Source of the DNA: Chthoniobacterales bacterium
GTDB lineage: Bacteria; Verrucomicrobiota; Verrucomicrobiia; Chthoniobacterales; DASVRZ01
Direction: 5' to 3'
Assembly: GCA_038228695.1 (NCBI GenBank)
Contig: JBBRPA010000012.1
Span: 82-64,081, forward strand
DNA: 64,000 nt
Under the pieces are notes generated by a model. It saw only the letters and a list, made by a program, of their open reading frames with translations, was not told where the DNA came from and searched no databases. The position numbers and the translations under genes were made by a program. Of this stretch, positions 28,779 to 36,829 are shown piece by piece (positions within the stretch are counted from its first letter, which is position 1; each line of letters begins with the position of its first letter).

Positions 28779-29541
28779 ACGCCTCCTCACACTAGCCCTG
28801 CTCCTGTTCTCTATCGCTCCACTTTTCGCGCAGGATGCCAAGCCCAAAAAACCTGCGCCGAAAGATAAATCACTGCTCGATCTTTACAACGGCGGCGGAT
28901 TTCTCATGCACCCGATTTTGCTTTGCTCGATCGGAACCATCGCGGTTTCTGTTTATTGTTTCCTGCAGATTTCCGGAAGAAAAATGATGCCCAAGGCGCA
29001 CGTAGACACCTTGAGCAGTCTGCTGCAAATGCGCGACGCAGGCCGGGCTTATGAATTTTCCCAAGCTAATAAAAACCAATTCACCAACACTGTTAGTGCT
29101 GCTCTGCTGAAGGTCAACTTCGAGCGTGATCTCGCCAACAAAGCCTCCATGGAACAGGCCGCGCTGGAGACGCTTTCCGAGGAGGAAACCCGACTTCTCC
29201 TTTGGGTGAATTACCTCAACGTGTTCGCCACGATCGCTCCGATGTTAGGACTGCTCGGAACCGTCACAGGTATGATCACCTCCTTCGATCAACTGGCCGC
29301 CGGACGCTCCGAACCGCAGGATCTCGCAGGCGGTATCGGCGTCGCGATGATCACAACCGCTGGCGGACTTTTTGTCGGTATTCCAGCAATGTTTTTCTAT
29401 TTCTATTTTCGCAATTTGCTCATCGCAAACATCTCGGCAATCCAGAAAAAAGTCACCTTCCTGGTCGATGTTCTTTCCGGAGAATTGAAACTTGAGGGCG
29501 CCGCTCCCACCCAGGAAATCTCGCAGGAAGCGACTTTATAA
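28756..29541 (+). CDS. MotA/TolQ/ExbB proton channel protein
   Basis: 'GGFLMHPI', 'APMLGLLGTVTGMI', 'AMITTAGGL'; cleavable-looking signal peptide. Confidence 0.92.
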   Translation: MKTKLKNKRLLTLALLLFSIAPLFAQDAKPKKPAPKDKSLLDLYNGGGFLMHPILLCSIGTIAVSVYCFLQISGRKMMPKAHVDTLSSLLQMRDAGRAYEFSQANKNQFTNTVSAALLKVNFERDLANKASMEQAALETLSEEETRLLLWVNYLNVFATIAPMLGLLGTVTGMITSFDQLAAGRSEPQDLAGGIGVAMITTAGGLFVGIPAMFFYFYFRNLLIANISAIQKKVTFLVDVLSGELKLEGAAPTQEISQEATL

Positions 29542-29561
29542 TCGGTTTCCACCGTTAACCG

Positions 29562-29972
29562 ATGAAACCTATCAAACGCGAGCATGAGGAGGTCAGTTTC
29601 CAACTGGCTCCCATGATCGACATGACCTTTCTCTTACTGGTCTTCTTCATGGTCACCACGAAGATTTCCAAGGAAAAAACGAGCGTCCCGATCAAGCTGC
29701 CGGTCGCCAGTAATGCCGCAGTGCCGTCTGATGTTAGCAACCGCGACATCATCACGCTCGACGACAAAGGGCAGATCTTCGTCGGAGATCGGCCAGTTTC
29801 CAAAAAGGAACTCGAAAGCTACCTCAAGCAACGGTTTGTCGACTATCCACCACTCCAAGTTTACATCCGCGCCGACCGTAAAACCCCCGCTAAAAAGATT
29901 AAGGAAATCATGCGGAGCGCCTCCGAGGCCGGTGCGATCAATGTCATTTTCGGCAGTTACCAAAAAGAGTAA
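29562..29972 (+). CDS. ExbD/TolR family protein
   Basis: 'LAPMIDMTFLLLVFFMV', 'IRADR'. Confidence 0.92.
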   Translation: MKPIKREHEEVSFQLAPMIDMTFLLLVFFMVTTKISKEKTSVPIKLPVASNAAVPSDVSNRDIITLDDKGQIFVGDRPVSKKELESYLKQRFVDYPPLQVYIRADRKTPAKKIKEIMRSASEAGAINVIFGSYQKE

Positions 29973-30424
29973 TGCAAGTTAAACGACGCAGTTATCAAAC
30001 CGTGGAAATGCAGATGGGGCCGATGATCGACATGGTCTTTCTCCTGCTCGTTTTCTTCATGGTGACAGCCCGACCGGTCAAACAGGAAAGCGATATCAGC
30101 CTCGCGTTACCAGGGACAGTTTCGCAGGAAACCAGCATCGATATTCCTGACGAGCAACGCATCGTGATTACGCCTGCCGGCGAAATTGCCCTGAACGATC
30201 TCGTCGTCGGAACCGCCCAGGATCAGGATCTCCCGGCTTTGTTAAAAACCCTTAAGCGTTTCAAAGAAGCCTCCGATGCGAACAAAAGCGAGGCGCTGAT
30301 TACGATCGATGCGGCGGACACCGCGCAGCATCAACGCATTGTCGATGTTCTTAATGTCTGCGCAAAATCGTCGATTACGAACGTCACATTCGCCGATGGT
30401 GCGGAAGAAGGAGAAGAGCCATGA
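29972..30424 (+). CDS. second ExbD/TolR family protein
   Basis: 'MGPMIDMVFLLLVFFMV'; TAATG coupling. Confidence 0.92.
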   Translation: MQVKRRSYQTVEMQMGPMIDMVFLLLVFFMVTARPVKQESDISLALPGTVSQETSIDIPDEQRIVITPAGEIALNDLVVGTAQDQDLPALLKTLKRFKEASDANKSEALITIDAADTAQHQRIVDVLNVCAKSSITNVTFADGAEEGEEP

Positions 30425-31581
30425 GTGCTACCAACATGGACACGCCGGTCGATGAGCAGAAGCGAAAAAAGAAGCTCGTCACCTCGGTCATCATCGCGAG
30501 CATCATCGTGCACTTGATTGCTGGTGGAGCGGCTGCCGTCTGGATCGTAGCCAAGTATTTTGCACCTCCCAAAGCGCAGTTCATTGCGAAGAAGGAAGTC
30601 CGCATCCCCGCGAAGGAACGCGAGCACAAGCTGAACATGGCGGAGTTCGATGCCCTCGCACCGAAGCCGGCTTTCAATGACAAAATTGCGAGCATGCGCC
30701 CGGCAAAACTTTCCCTGCCCGACCTTCCCGAAATTCCGCTCGATCAGGTAATGCCAATCGACCCAAGCACCATGATCACCGATCAAGTTTCTGCAGTCGT
30801 AGGAGCGGCAGGCGATGGCAGCGGTGATGGAAATGGTGGCAAAGGTGGTGGTGGTATGGGCGGGGTCGGAATGTCGTTCTTCGGTATCCGCGACAAAGGA
30901 AATAGCGTCGTAATCATGATCGACGTTTCCGATTCGATGTTTACCCGCACCGGCGACGCCGTCTATGCCGATCGTGGCGGCAAACTGGTCAAGCAAGGTA
31001 CCGAGCAAAGCTTCCAAGCCGTGCGCGATCAGGCACTCGCGTTGGTCGATAGCTTGGGACCAAATACGCGCTTCGGCATCGTCCGCTGGTCCGGCGGAGC
31101 CTATTCCTGGAAGCCCGAACTCGTGGCTGCGAACGACAAAAACAAAGCCGATGCAAAGGAACACATACAAAATCAAGTCAACATGAAGACCGCCCCGCCA
31201 AAAGATGGACGTCCAGGTGGAACTCGGCATGATTATGCGCTGGAGGAAACCTTCAAGCTGCGCCCCGAAGTCATCTACATGTTGACCGATGGCAACGCGA
31301 CCCAAAGTGCAGGCGGTGGTGGCCTGACTCCGATTCCAGCCGAAGAAATCTGGGATGCCGCCAAAATAGGCCAGGCGACTTTGGAGAAACCTGCGCGTTT
31401 ACACGTCATTTATTACCTCACCGGCAACGCCAAACCGGATGAAGAACACATGCTACGCTTGCTCGCGAGTCGGAATGACGGTCGTTTCAAAAAAGTTAGT
31501 GCGAAGAACGCAGGCGATGGAAATAAGAACAACAACCGGAACGACCGCAATCCTAACAACCGGAATAGCCGTGGGAACTAA
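30421..31581 (+). CDS. membrane-anchored VWA-domain protein with TonB/TolA-like TM motif
   Basis: single TM containing S-I-I-V-H; Pro- and Gly-rich linkers; MIDAS-like DVSDS, 'GGT', 'MLTDG'. Confidence 0.75.
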   Translation: MSATNMDTPVDEQKRKKKLVTSVIIASIIVHLIAGGAAAVWIVAKYFAPPKAQFIAKKEVRIPAKEREHKLNMAEFDALAPKPAFNDKIASMRPAKLSLPDLPEIPLDQVMPIDPSTMITDQVSAVVGAAGDGSGDGNGGKGGGGMGGVGMSFFGIRDKGNSVVIMIDVSDSMFTRTGDAVYADRGGKLVKQGTEQSFQAVRDQALALVDSLGPNTRFGIVRWSGGAYSWKPELVAANDKNKADAKEHIQNQVNMKTAPPKDGRPGGTRHDYALEETFKLRPEVIYMLTDGNATQSAGGGGLTPIPAEEIWDAAKIGQATLEKPARLHVIYYLTGNAKPDEEHMLRLLASRNDGRFKKVSAKNAGDGNKNNNRNDRNPNNRNSRGN

Positions 31582-31642
31582 CCTTTCCCAACTTCCACAG
31601 CCTCATTGGGTAGCCAATCCCCTAATTGCCTCCGAGGGCAAT

Positions 31643-32224
31643 GTGACCGCGGATCACGACAACTGGCGCACGCTAGATCGCGAACTCACCTACGACGGGC
31701 ACTACGCGAAAGTTTACCACGAAACCGTCGCCACGCCCACCCGACCGGACGGCATTACTTGGACGGTCGTCCGCCGGAAAAACGCGGTTGTCGTTGCTCC
31801 GAAAACTACTGACGGACGGTGGTTGCTTATCCGCCAAGAACGCATTCCGATTCGTGCGGCAATTTGGGAATTCCCTGCCGGCCAGATTGAATGGGCGGCG
31901 GGCGATTTTTCCGAACTCCAAGTCGCGACGGCCTGGCGGGAACTGCGCGAGGAAACCGGCTACACCGCGAGCGACGCTTCTCGACTGGTGCCGCTCGGAC
32001 TCTTTTTTACCTCGGCCGGATTCACCGACGAACACAGCCATTTGTTTTTGGCGGATCAACTTGTGCCGCACCCGGACGGTTCAGAGCACGACGACGCCGA
32101 AAGCATCATCGAATGCCGCGCCTTCACCAGTGCTGAACTCACTTCCATGGTGATCAGCGGCGAGATCCGCGATGCCAACACGCTCGCGACTTACGCCAGA
32201 CTGGCCGCGCTGGACTTGATTTAG
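31643..32224 (+). CDS. NUDIX hydrolase (ADP-ribose pyrophosphatase-like)
   Basis: 'WEFPAGQIE...AWRELREETG', 'SAGFTDE', 'GEIRDA'; start uncertain (GTG 31643 after GAGGG). Confidence 0.85.
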   Translation: MTADHDNWRTLDRELTYDGHYAKVYHETVATPTRPDGITWTVVRRKNAVVVAPKTTDGRWLLIRQERIPIRAAIWEFPAGQIEWAAGDFSELQVATAWRELREETGYTASDASRLVPLGLFFTSAGFTDEHSHLFLADQLVPHPDGSEHDDAESIIECRAFTSAELTSMVISGEIRDANTLATYARLAALDLI

Positions 32225-32309
32225 GATTTTTTGCAAACGCAGGAGCATGTGCTTGCGTTTCGGAAGATTTGACGGGCCAACCACGGTCGATTCTGGCAAT
32301 GATCCACTG

Positions 32310-33146
32310 ATGCGCGTCATTTCGTCGTCCGCCCACAAAGCCGCTCTCGCCCTGCCTTCGCCACGGGTGCTAGTGCCAACCATGGGGGCGTTGCATGCGG
32401 GGCACGTCGCGCTAATCCGCAAGGCCCGATCGCTGGCCGGGAAGAAGGGATCGGTGCTGGTGAGTATTTTCGTCAACCCGATTCAATTCGGTCCAAAGGA
32501 AGATCTCGGGAAGTATCCGCGGCCGCGCAAGGAGGATCTAGCGATTTGCCGACGGGAGGGCGTCGATCTCGTCTTCGAGCCAGAACCAACTTCAATGTAT
32601 GCGGCGGATCACAGCGTTTTCATTGATGAGGGCACGCTCAGCGCAGAGCTTTGTGGGGCATCGCGGCCCGGGCATTTTCGTGGCGTCTGCACGGTGGTGG
32701 GGAAATTGTTTCACCTGCTCGATCCGCAAATGGCGGTCTTTGGGGAAAAGGATTACCAGCAACTCGCGATTATTCGCCGGATGGTGCGCGACTTGAATTT
32801 CCCCGTTAAAATCGTCGGGCTACCAACAGTTCGCGAAGCGGACGGACTCGCTCGCAGCTCGCGCAATCGTTTCCTCTCTCCCGCGGAACGGGCCGCCGCC
32901 CCGGTCATCCGCCAAAGTCTGCTCGCAGCTCGCGAACGTGTCGAAAATGGCGAAACGAGCGCTAAAAAAATTATTGCCGGCGCCTCCCGGGCGATCGAGA
33001 AAGCCGGTGGGCGGATTGACTACCTGAGCGTCGTCCATGCTGAATCCCTCGCCCCCGTGCCGAAGATCGCGACTCCCGCCGTCATCGCGGTGGCTGCGTT
33101 TTTCGGCACGACCCGGTTGATCGACAACTGCCTGCTCGACGTATAG
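32310..33146 (+). CDS. panC: pantoate-beta-alanine ligase
   Basis: 'VPTMGALHAGH', 'FVNPIQF', 'RPGHFRGV', 'FGEKDYQQ', 'SSRN', 'RLIDN'. Confidence 0.96.
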   Translation: MRVISSSAHKAALALPSPRVLVPTMGALHAGHVALIRKARSLAGKKGSVLVSIFVNPIQFGPKEDLGKYPRPRKEDLAICRREGVDLVFEPEPTSMYAADHSVFIDEGTLSAELCGASRPGHFRGVCTVVGKLFHLLDPQMAVFGEKDYQQLAIIRRMVRDLNFPVKIVGLPTVREADGLARSSRNRFLSPAERAAAPVIRQSLLAARERVENGETSAKKIIAGASRAIEKAGGRIDYLSVVHAESLAPVPKIATPAVIAVAAFFGTTRLIDNCLLDV

Positions 33147-33159
33147 TTTTCAGATTTCC

Positions 33160-34758
33160 ATGAAAAACTATGACTTTGTCGTGATCGGCAGCGGAGTGGC
33201 CGGGCTGACCTTTGCCCGAAAAGCGGCGGCCATCGGAACGGTCGCAGTGATTACCAAACGCAATGGCTCGGAATCGAACACGGCCTACGCGCAGGGTGGC
33301 GTGGCCTGTGTGACGAGCGACGAGGATTCGTTCGATCTACACATCCGCGACACCCTCGTAGCGGGGGCGGGGTTGTGCGACGAGGCAGCCGTGCGGCAGA
33401 TTGTGACGGAGGGTCCGGGGCGAATTCAAGAATTGATCGATCTCGGCGTGCAATTTACCGAGCGCGCGGACGGAGACGGCCATCACGAACTCGACCTGAC
33501 CAAGGAGGGCGGCCACTCGAAACGGCGCATTCTCCACGCGGCGGACCTGACCGGTAAGGAAATTGAGCGGGCCCTCATCGCGGCCGTTACTGGGCATCCG
33601 CAGATCGATCTGCTGGAAAACCACATGGCCGTGGACCTGATCACCACCGGCAAACTGGGCTATGCGACCGAGGACCGCGTGCTGGGTGTTTATGTGCTCA
33701 ACGAGGCCACCGGCGAAGTCGAAACCGTCCGCAGCGACCGCGTCGTGCTCGCAACCGGCGGCTGCGGCAAAGTGTATCTTTACACGACCAACCCGGACGT
33801 CGCGACCGGGGACGGGGTGGCGATGGCTTGGCGGGCCGGGGCGACGATCGCCAACATGGAATTCGTCCAATTCCACCCAACCTGCCTGTTTCATCCTGAG
33901 GCGAAGTCATTTCTCATCTCCGAGGCAGTCCGCGGCGAGGGCGGTATTCTGCTCAATGAAAAAGGCGTGCGCTTCATGGAAACAGCCGACCCGCGCAAGG
34001 AATTGGCCCCGCGCGACATCGTGGCCCGGGCGATCGATGCGGAAATGAAGCGAACGGGCGCCAAATGCGTCTTTCTCGATATTTCGCACAAACCACGTGA
34101 GTTCGTTGTTGGTCACTTCCCAAACATTCATGAAACGTGCCTGCGCTACGGGATCGACATCACGCAACAGCCGATCCCGGTGGTGCCGGCGGCGCATTAT
34201 CAATGCGGCGGAATCGAAAGCGACATCAACGGCGCGACCACGCTGAAGGGATTGTTCGCGATCGGCGAGGTCGCCTGCACAGGATTGCATGGAGCCAACC
34301 GACTGGCCAGTAACTCGCTGCTGGAGGGTCTGGTTCTGGCCAAACGCGCGTTCGACAAAGCAGCAACTCTCGATTATTCAACGACTTACGAAGATTACCA
34401 ACTACCCGGCTGGCGCTCCGGAAACGTGCAGGACGTGGATGAATTGGTCGTGATTTACCACAACTGGGACGAAATCCGCCGCCTGATGTGGGATTACGTC
34501 GCCATCGTGCGGACCGACAAACGGCTCCAGCGGGCCGCGACCCGGTTGCGCAATCTGCGGCGCGAGATTCAGGAATTTTACTGGAATTTCAAGGTCAACA
34601 CCGACCTTTTGGAGTTGCGCAACCTGGTCACCGTCGCCGGCCTGATCGTGGACAGCGCGCTCAGCCGAAAAGAAAGCCGAGGGTTGAATTTCAACCTCGA
34701 TTACCCGGAGACGGACGATCTGCACTGGAAAAAAGACACGCTGATCCGGCGATATTGA
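33160..34758 (+). CDS. nadB: L-aspartate oxidase
   Basis: 'GSGVAG', 'YAQGG', 'EGGHS.RRILH', 'QFHPT', 'LAPRDIV', 'GLHGANRLASNSLLE', 'ESRG'. Confidence 0.96.
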   Translation: MKNYDFVVIGSGVAGLTFARKAAAIGTVAVITKRNGSESNTAYAQGGVACVTSDEDSFDLHIRDTLVAGAGLCDEAAVRQIVTEGPGRIQELIDLGVQFTERADGDGHHELDLTKEGGHSKRRILHAADLTGKEIERALIAAVTGHPQIDLLENHMAVDLITTGKLGYATEDRVLGVYVLNEATGEVETVRSDRVVLATGGCGKVYLYTTNPDVATGDGVAMAWRAGATIANMEFVQFHPTCLFHPEAKSFLISEAVRGEGGILLNEKGVRFMETADPRKELAPRDIVARAIDAEMKRTGAKCVFLDISHKPREFVVGHFPNIHETCLRYGIDITQQPIPVVPAAHYQCGGIESDINGATTLKGLFAIGEVACTGLHGANRLASNSLLEGLVLAKRAFDKAATLDYSTTYEDYQLPGWRSGNVQDVDELVVIYHNWDEIRRLMWDYVAIVRTDKRLQRAATRLRNLRREIQEFYWNFKVNTDLLELRNLVTVAGLIVDSALSRKESRGLNFNLDYPETDDLHWKKDTLIRRY

Positions 34759-34937
34759 ACCGCGAGCGCCTTTTTCGGTCTAAAGAGGGTCCCGATTCCC
34801 CCCAAGGTGGTCTGCGACTTGCTCCCTTTTGAATTATGAACACCCACAACCATCCCCTTTCGAACCCGCTTCAGCGGGCGATAGCGGTTGCGAAAATCGG
34901 CCGTCCGCCGTATGTAAAGGTTTCCCCGAATCATCGT

Positions 34938-35756
34938 ATGAGTCACCTTTGCGGCCTCTTTTTTGTCCTGCTGGCCCTGACGCTTCCCGCGTTGGCAGCG
35001 GACCCTTACCAAAGCAGCAACGACTTTGAGCGGTATGCGATGAAGCTTCGCGAGGATGCGCTCTCGAAGATTCAGCCCCAGGTCGTCCTGCCCTCGACCA
35101 ACACCTATTCCAGCCTTTACGGCAACGGCGGATATCCATGGAAGCGCAACATTGTCACCACCACTTTCTGGATCGGCGAGGATGCCGGGCAAAACAACCC
35201 GGTGGACAACATCCGAAGCTCTTGGGATGTCAACTGGCGGGCCAATTACGGCGGCACCGACTCGCCAGACCCCGCCGCGCGGCGCAATTTCGTTCCGGTC
35301 AATTTTATTCCCCGGCAGAATCCGTTTTACATCGCGCTTCCCTACAACGACGTCATTTCATCGAACGTCCACAAACCCGAGGCAAAGTTTGTCATCCCTT
35401 GGTTTCGACGCGCCTTTCGGGAACCTGGGCAATCCGTCTGCAAAGGTCGCTGGATTGCCATCCGCCGGGGTAACCGAGTTTGTTTTGCGCAATGGGAAGA
35501 TTGCGGACCGTTCCGCACCGACCACTGGCAATACGTTTTCGGAAATGAACGGCCGCTGCCGAATCTGAACAAAGGTGCGGGACTCGACGTTTCCCCCGCC
35601 GTTCGGGATTACCTCGGCATGGCAGGAACCGATGTGGCTGATTGGAAATTTGTCGAATTCCGTGATGTGCCGCCCGGCCCATGGGCCCGCTACGGAGACA
35701 ACAACCCCTTCGTCCAAAACGCTCGCCGCACGGTCGAGCGAGTGGCAGAAAAGTAG
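34938..35756 (+). CDS. conserved exported hypothetical protein, possible double-psi beta-barrel
   Basis: signal peptide; 'NPFYIALPYND', 'CFAQWEDCGPF', 'GLDVSPAV'. Confidence 0.65.
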   Translation: MSHLCGLFFVLLALTLPALAADPYQSSNDFERYAMKLREDALSKIQPQVVLPSTNTYSSLYGNGGYPWKRNIVTTTFWIGEDAGQNNPVDNIRSSWDVNWRANYGGTDSPDPAARRNFVPVNFIPRQNPFYIALPYNDVISSNVHKPEAKFVIPWFRRAFREPGQSVCKGRWIAIRRGNRVCFAQWEDCGPFRTDHWQYVFGNERPLPNLNKGAGLDVSPAVRDYLGMAGTDVADWKFVEFRDVPPGPWARYGDNNPFVQNARRTVERVAEK

Positions 35757-35765
35757 CCCGCGAGG

Positions 35766-36815
35766 CTAGATCTTGTGTTCCGCGCTGTCGCTGCGGAGGT
35801 GGATCGTCTTCGTGCTGAGATTGTGGACCGCCCGAATGTAACGCACCGTTTGGCTGCGCGCTCGCATCAAAATTGAGTGGGTGATCGCCGTTTTCCCGAT
35901 CATTTTCACGCCCGGCAGCAGCGCACTATCGGTAATGCCAGTCGCCGCAAATACCGCGCTGTCGCCTCGCACCATGTCGTCTGATTTGTAAATACGGGTG
36001 AGATCATCATCCGAAAGCGATCCACGCAAAGCTTCGCGCTCCGCCACGTCGCGGAACCACATCCGCATCTGGATATCGCCGCCCAGGGCACGCAACGCAG
36101 TGGCCGTCAGCACCCCTTCCGGGGAACCACCGATACCGACGTAAAGATCGATCCCGCTGTCCGGTAACGATGGCGCCACGGCGGCAGTGATGTCGCCATC
36201 GGCAATCATCCGGAGCGTCGCCCCGGCCTCGCGCACCTGGCGAATGAAGGTCTCGTTGCGCGGACGCTCCAACACCTGCACAACAATCTCGGAGACCCGT
36301 TTGCCAAGGATGCGCGCGACGAAAGAAAGCGTCTCGCCTAGCGGTTGGTCGAGCCAGTCGGCGGCCACGTTGAACTTGCGAATCGCGTCCGCCACTTCCC
36401 GGCCGTAGGCGAGCTTGTGGGCGTAGTAGCTCGGGATGTTCAGCATGGACTTATTTCCCGCCGGAACCTCCGCGCCAGCAATGACCGAGATGCTGTTGCC
36501 CATGCCTTTGGAAATATTTGTCGTGCCGTCCACCGGATCCAACGCAATGTCGAAATGCGGCGCGCCCTCGATCCACGTGCCCAGTTTATCCCCGAGAAAA
36601 ATACCCGGCGCGTCATCTTTGATTCCCTCGCCGATGACCACCTCGCCGCGAATGTTGACAAGATCGAACACCCCATAAATCGCGTCGCAAGCGGCCTCGT
36701 CCGCCCCCTCCTTATCGCCGCGTCCGATCCAACGCAACGCATTCAGCGCGGCGTTTTCGGTCGCCCGGACGAATTCAAATTCGATCGTGCGTTCGGGGTC
36801 GTGAAATGGAGGCAT
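35766..36815 (-). CDS. glpX: class II fructose-1,6-bisphosphatase
   Basis: 'VRATENAA', 'VIGEG', 'DPVDGT', 'RPRN', 'DGDI', 'GGSPEGV', 'ATGITD'. Confidence 0.93.
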   Translation of the reverse strand: MPPFHDPERTIEFEFVRATENAALNALRWIGRGDKEGADEAACDAIYGVFDLVNIRGEVVIGEGIKDDAPGIFLGDKLGTWIEGAPHFDIALDPVDGTTNISKGMGNSISVIAGAEVPAGNKSMLNIPSYYAHKLAYGREVADAIRKFNVAADWLDQPLGETLSFVARILGKRVSEIVVQVLERPRNETFIRQVREAGATLRMIADGDITAAVAPSLPDSGIDLYVGIGGSPEGVLTATALRALGGDIQMRMWFRDVAEREALRGSLSDDDLTRIYKSDDMVRGDSAVFAATGITDSALLPGVKMIGKTAITHSILMRARSQTVRYIRAVHNLSTKTIHLRSDSAEHKI

Positions 36816-36829
36816 GATTTTGGCGGTGG

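Noticed and set aside
31439-31642. Thr-rich N-terminal extension of the NUDIX ORF
   Set aside because: It is largely the alternative frame of the Asn-rich tail of the VWA gene.
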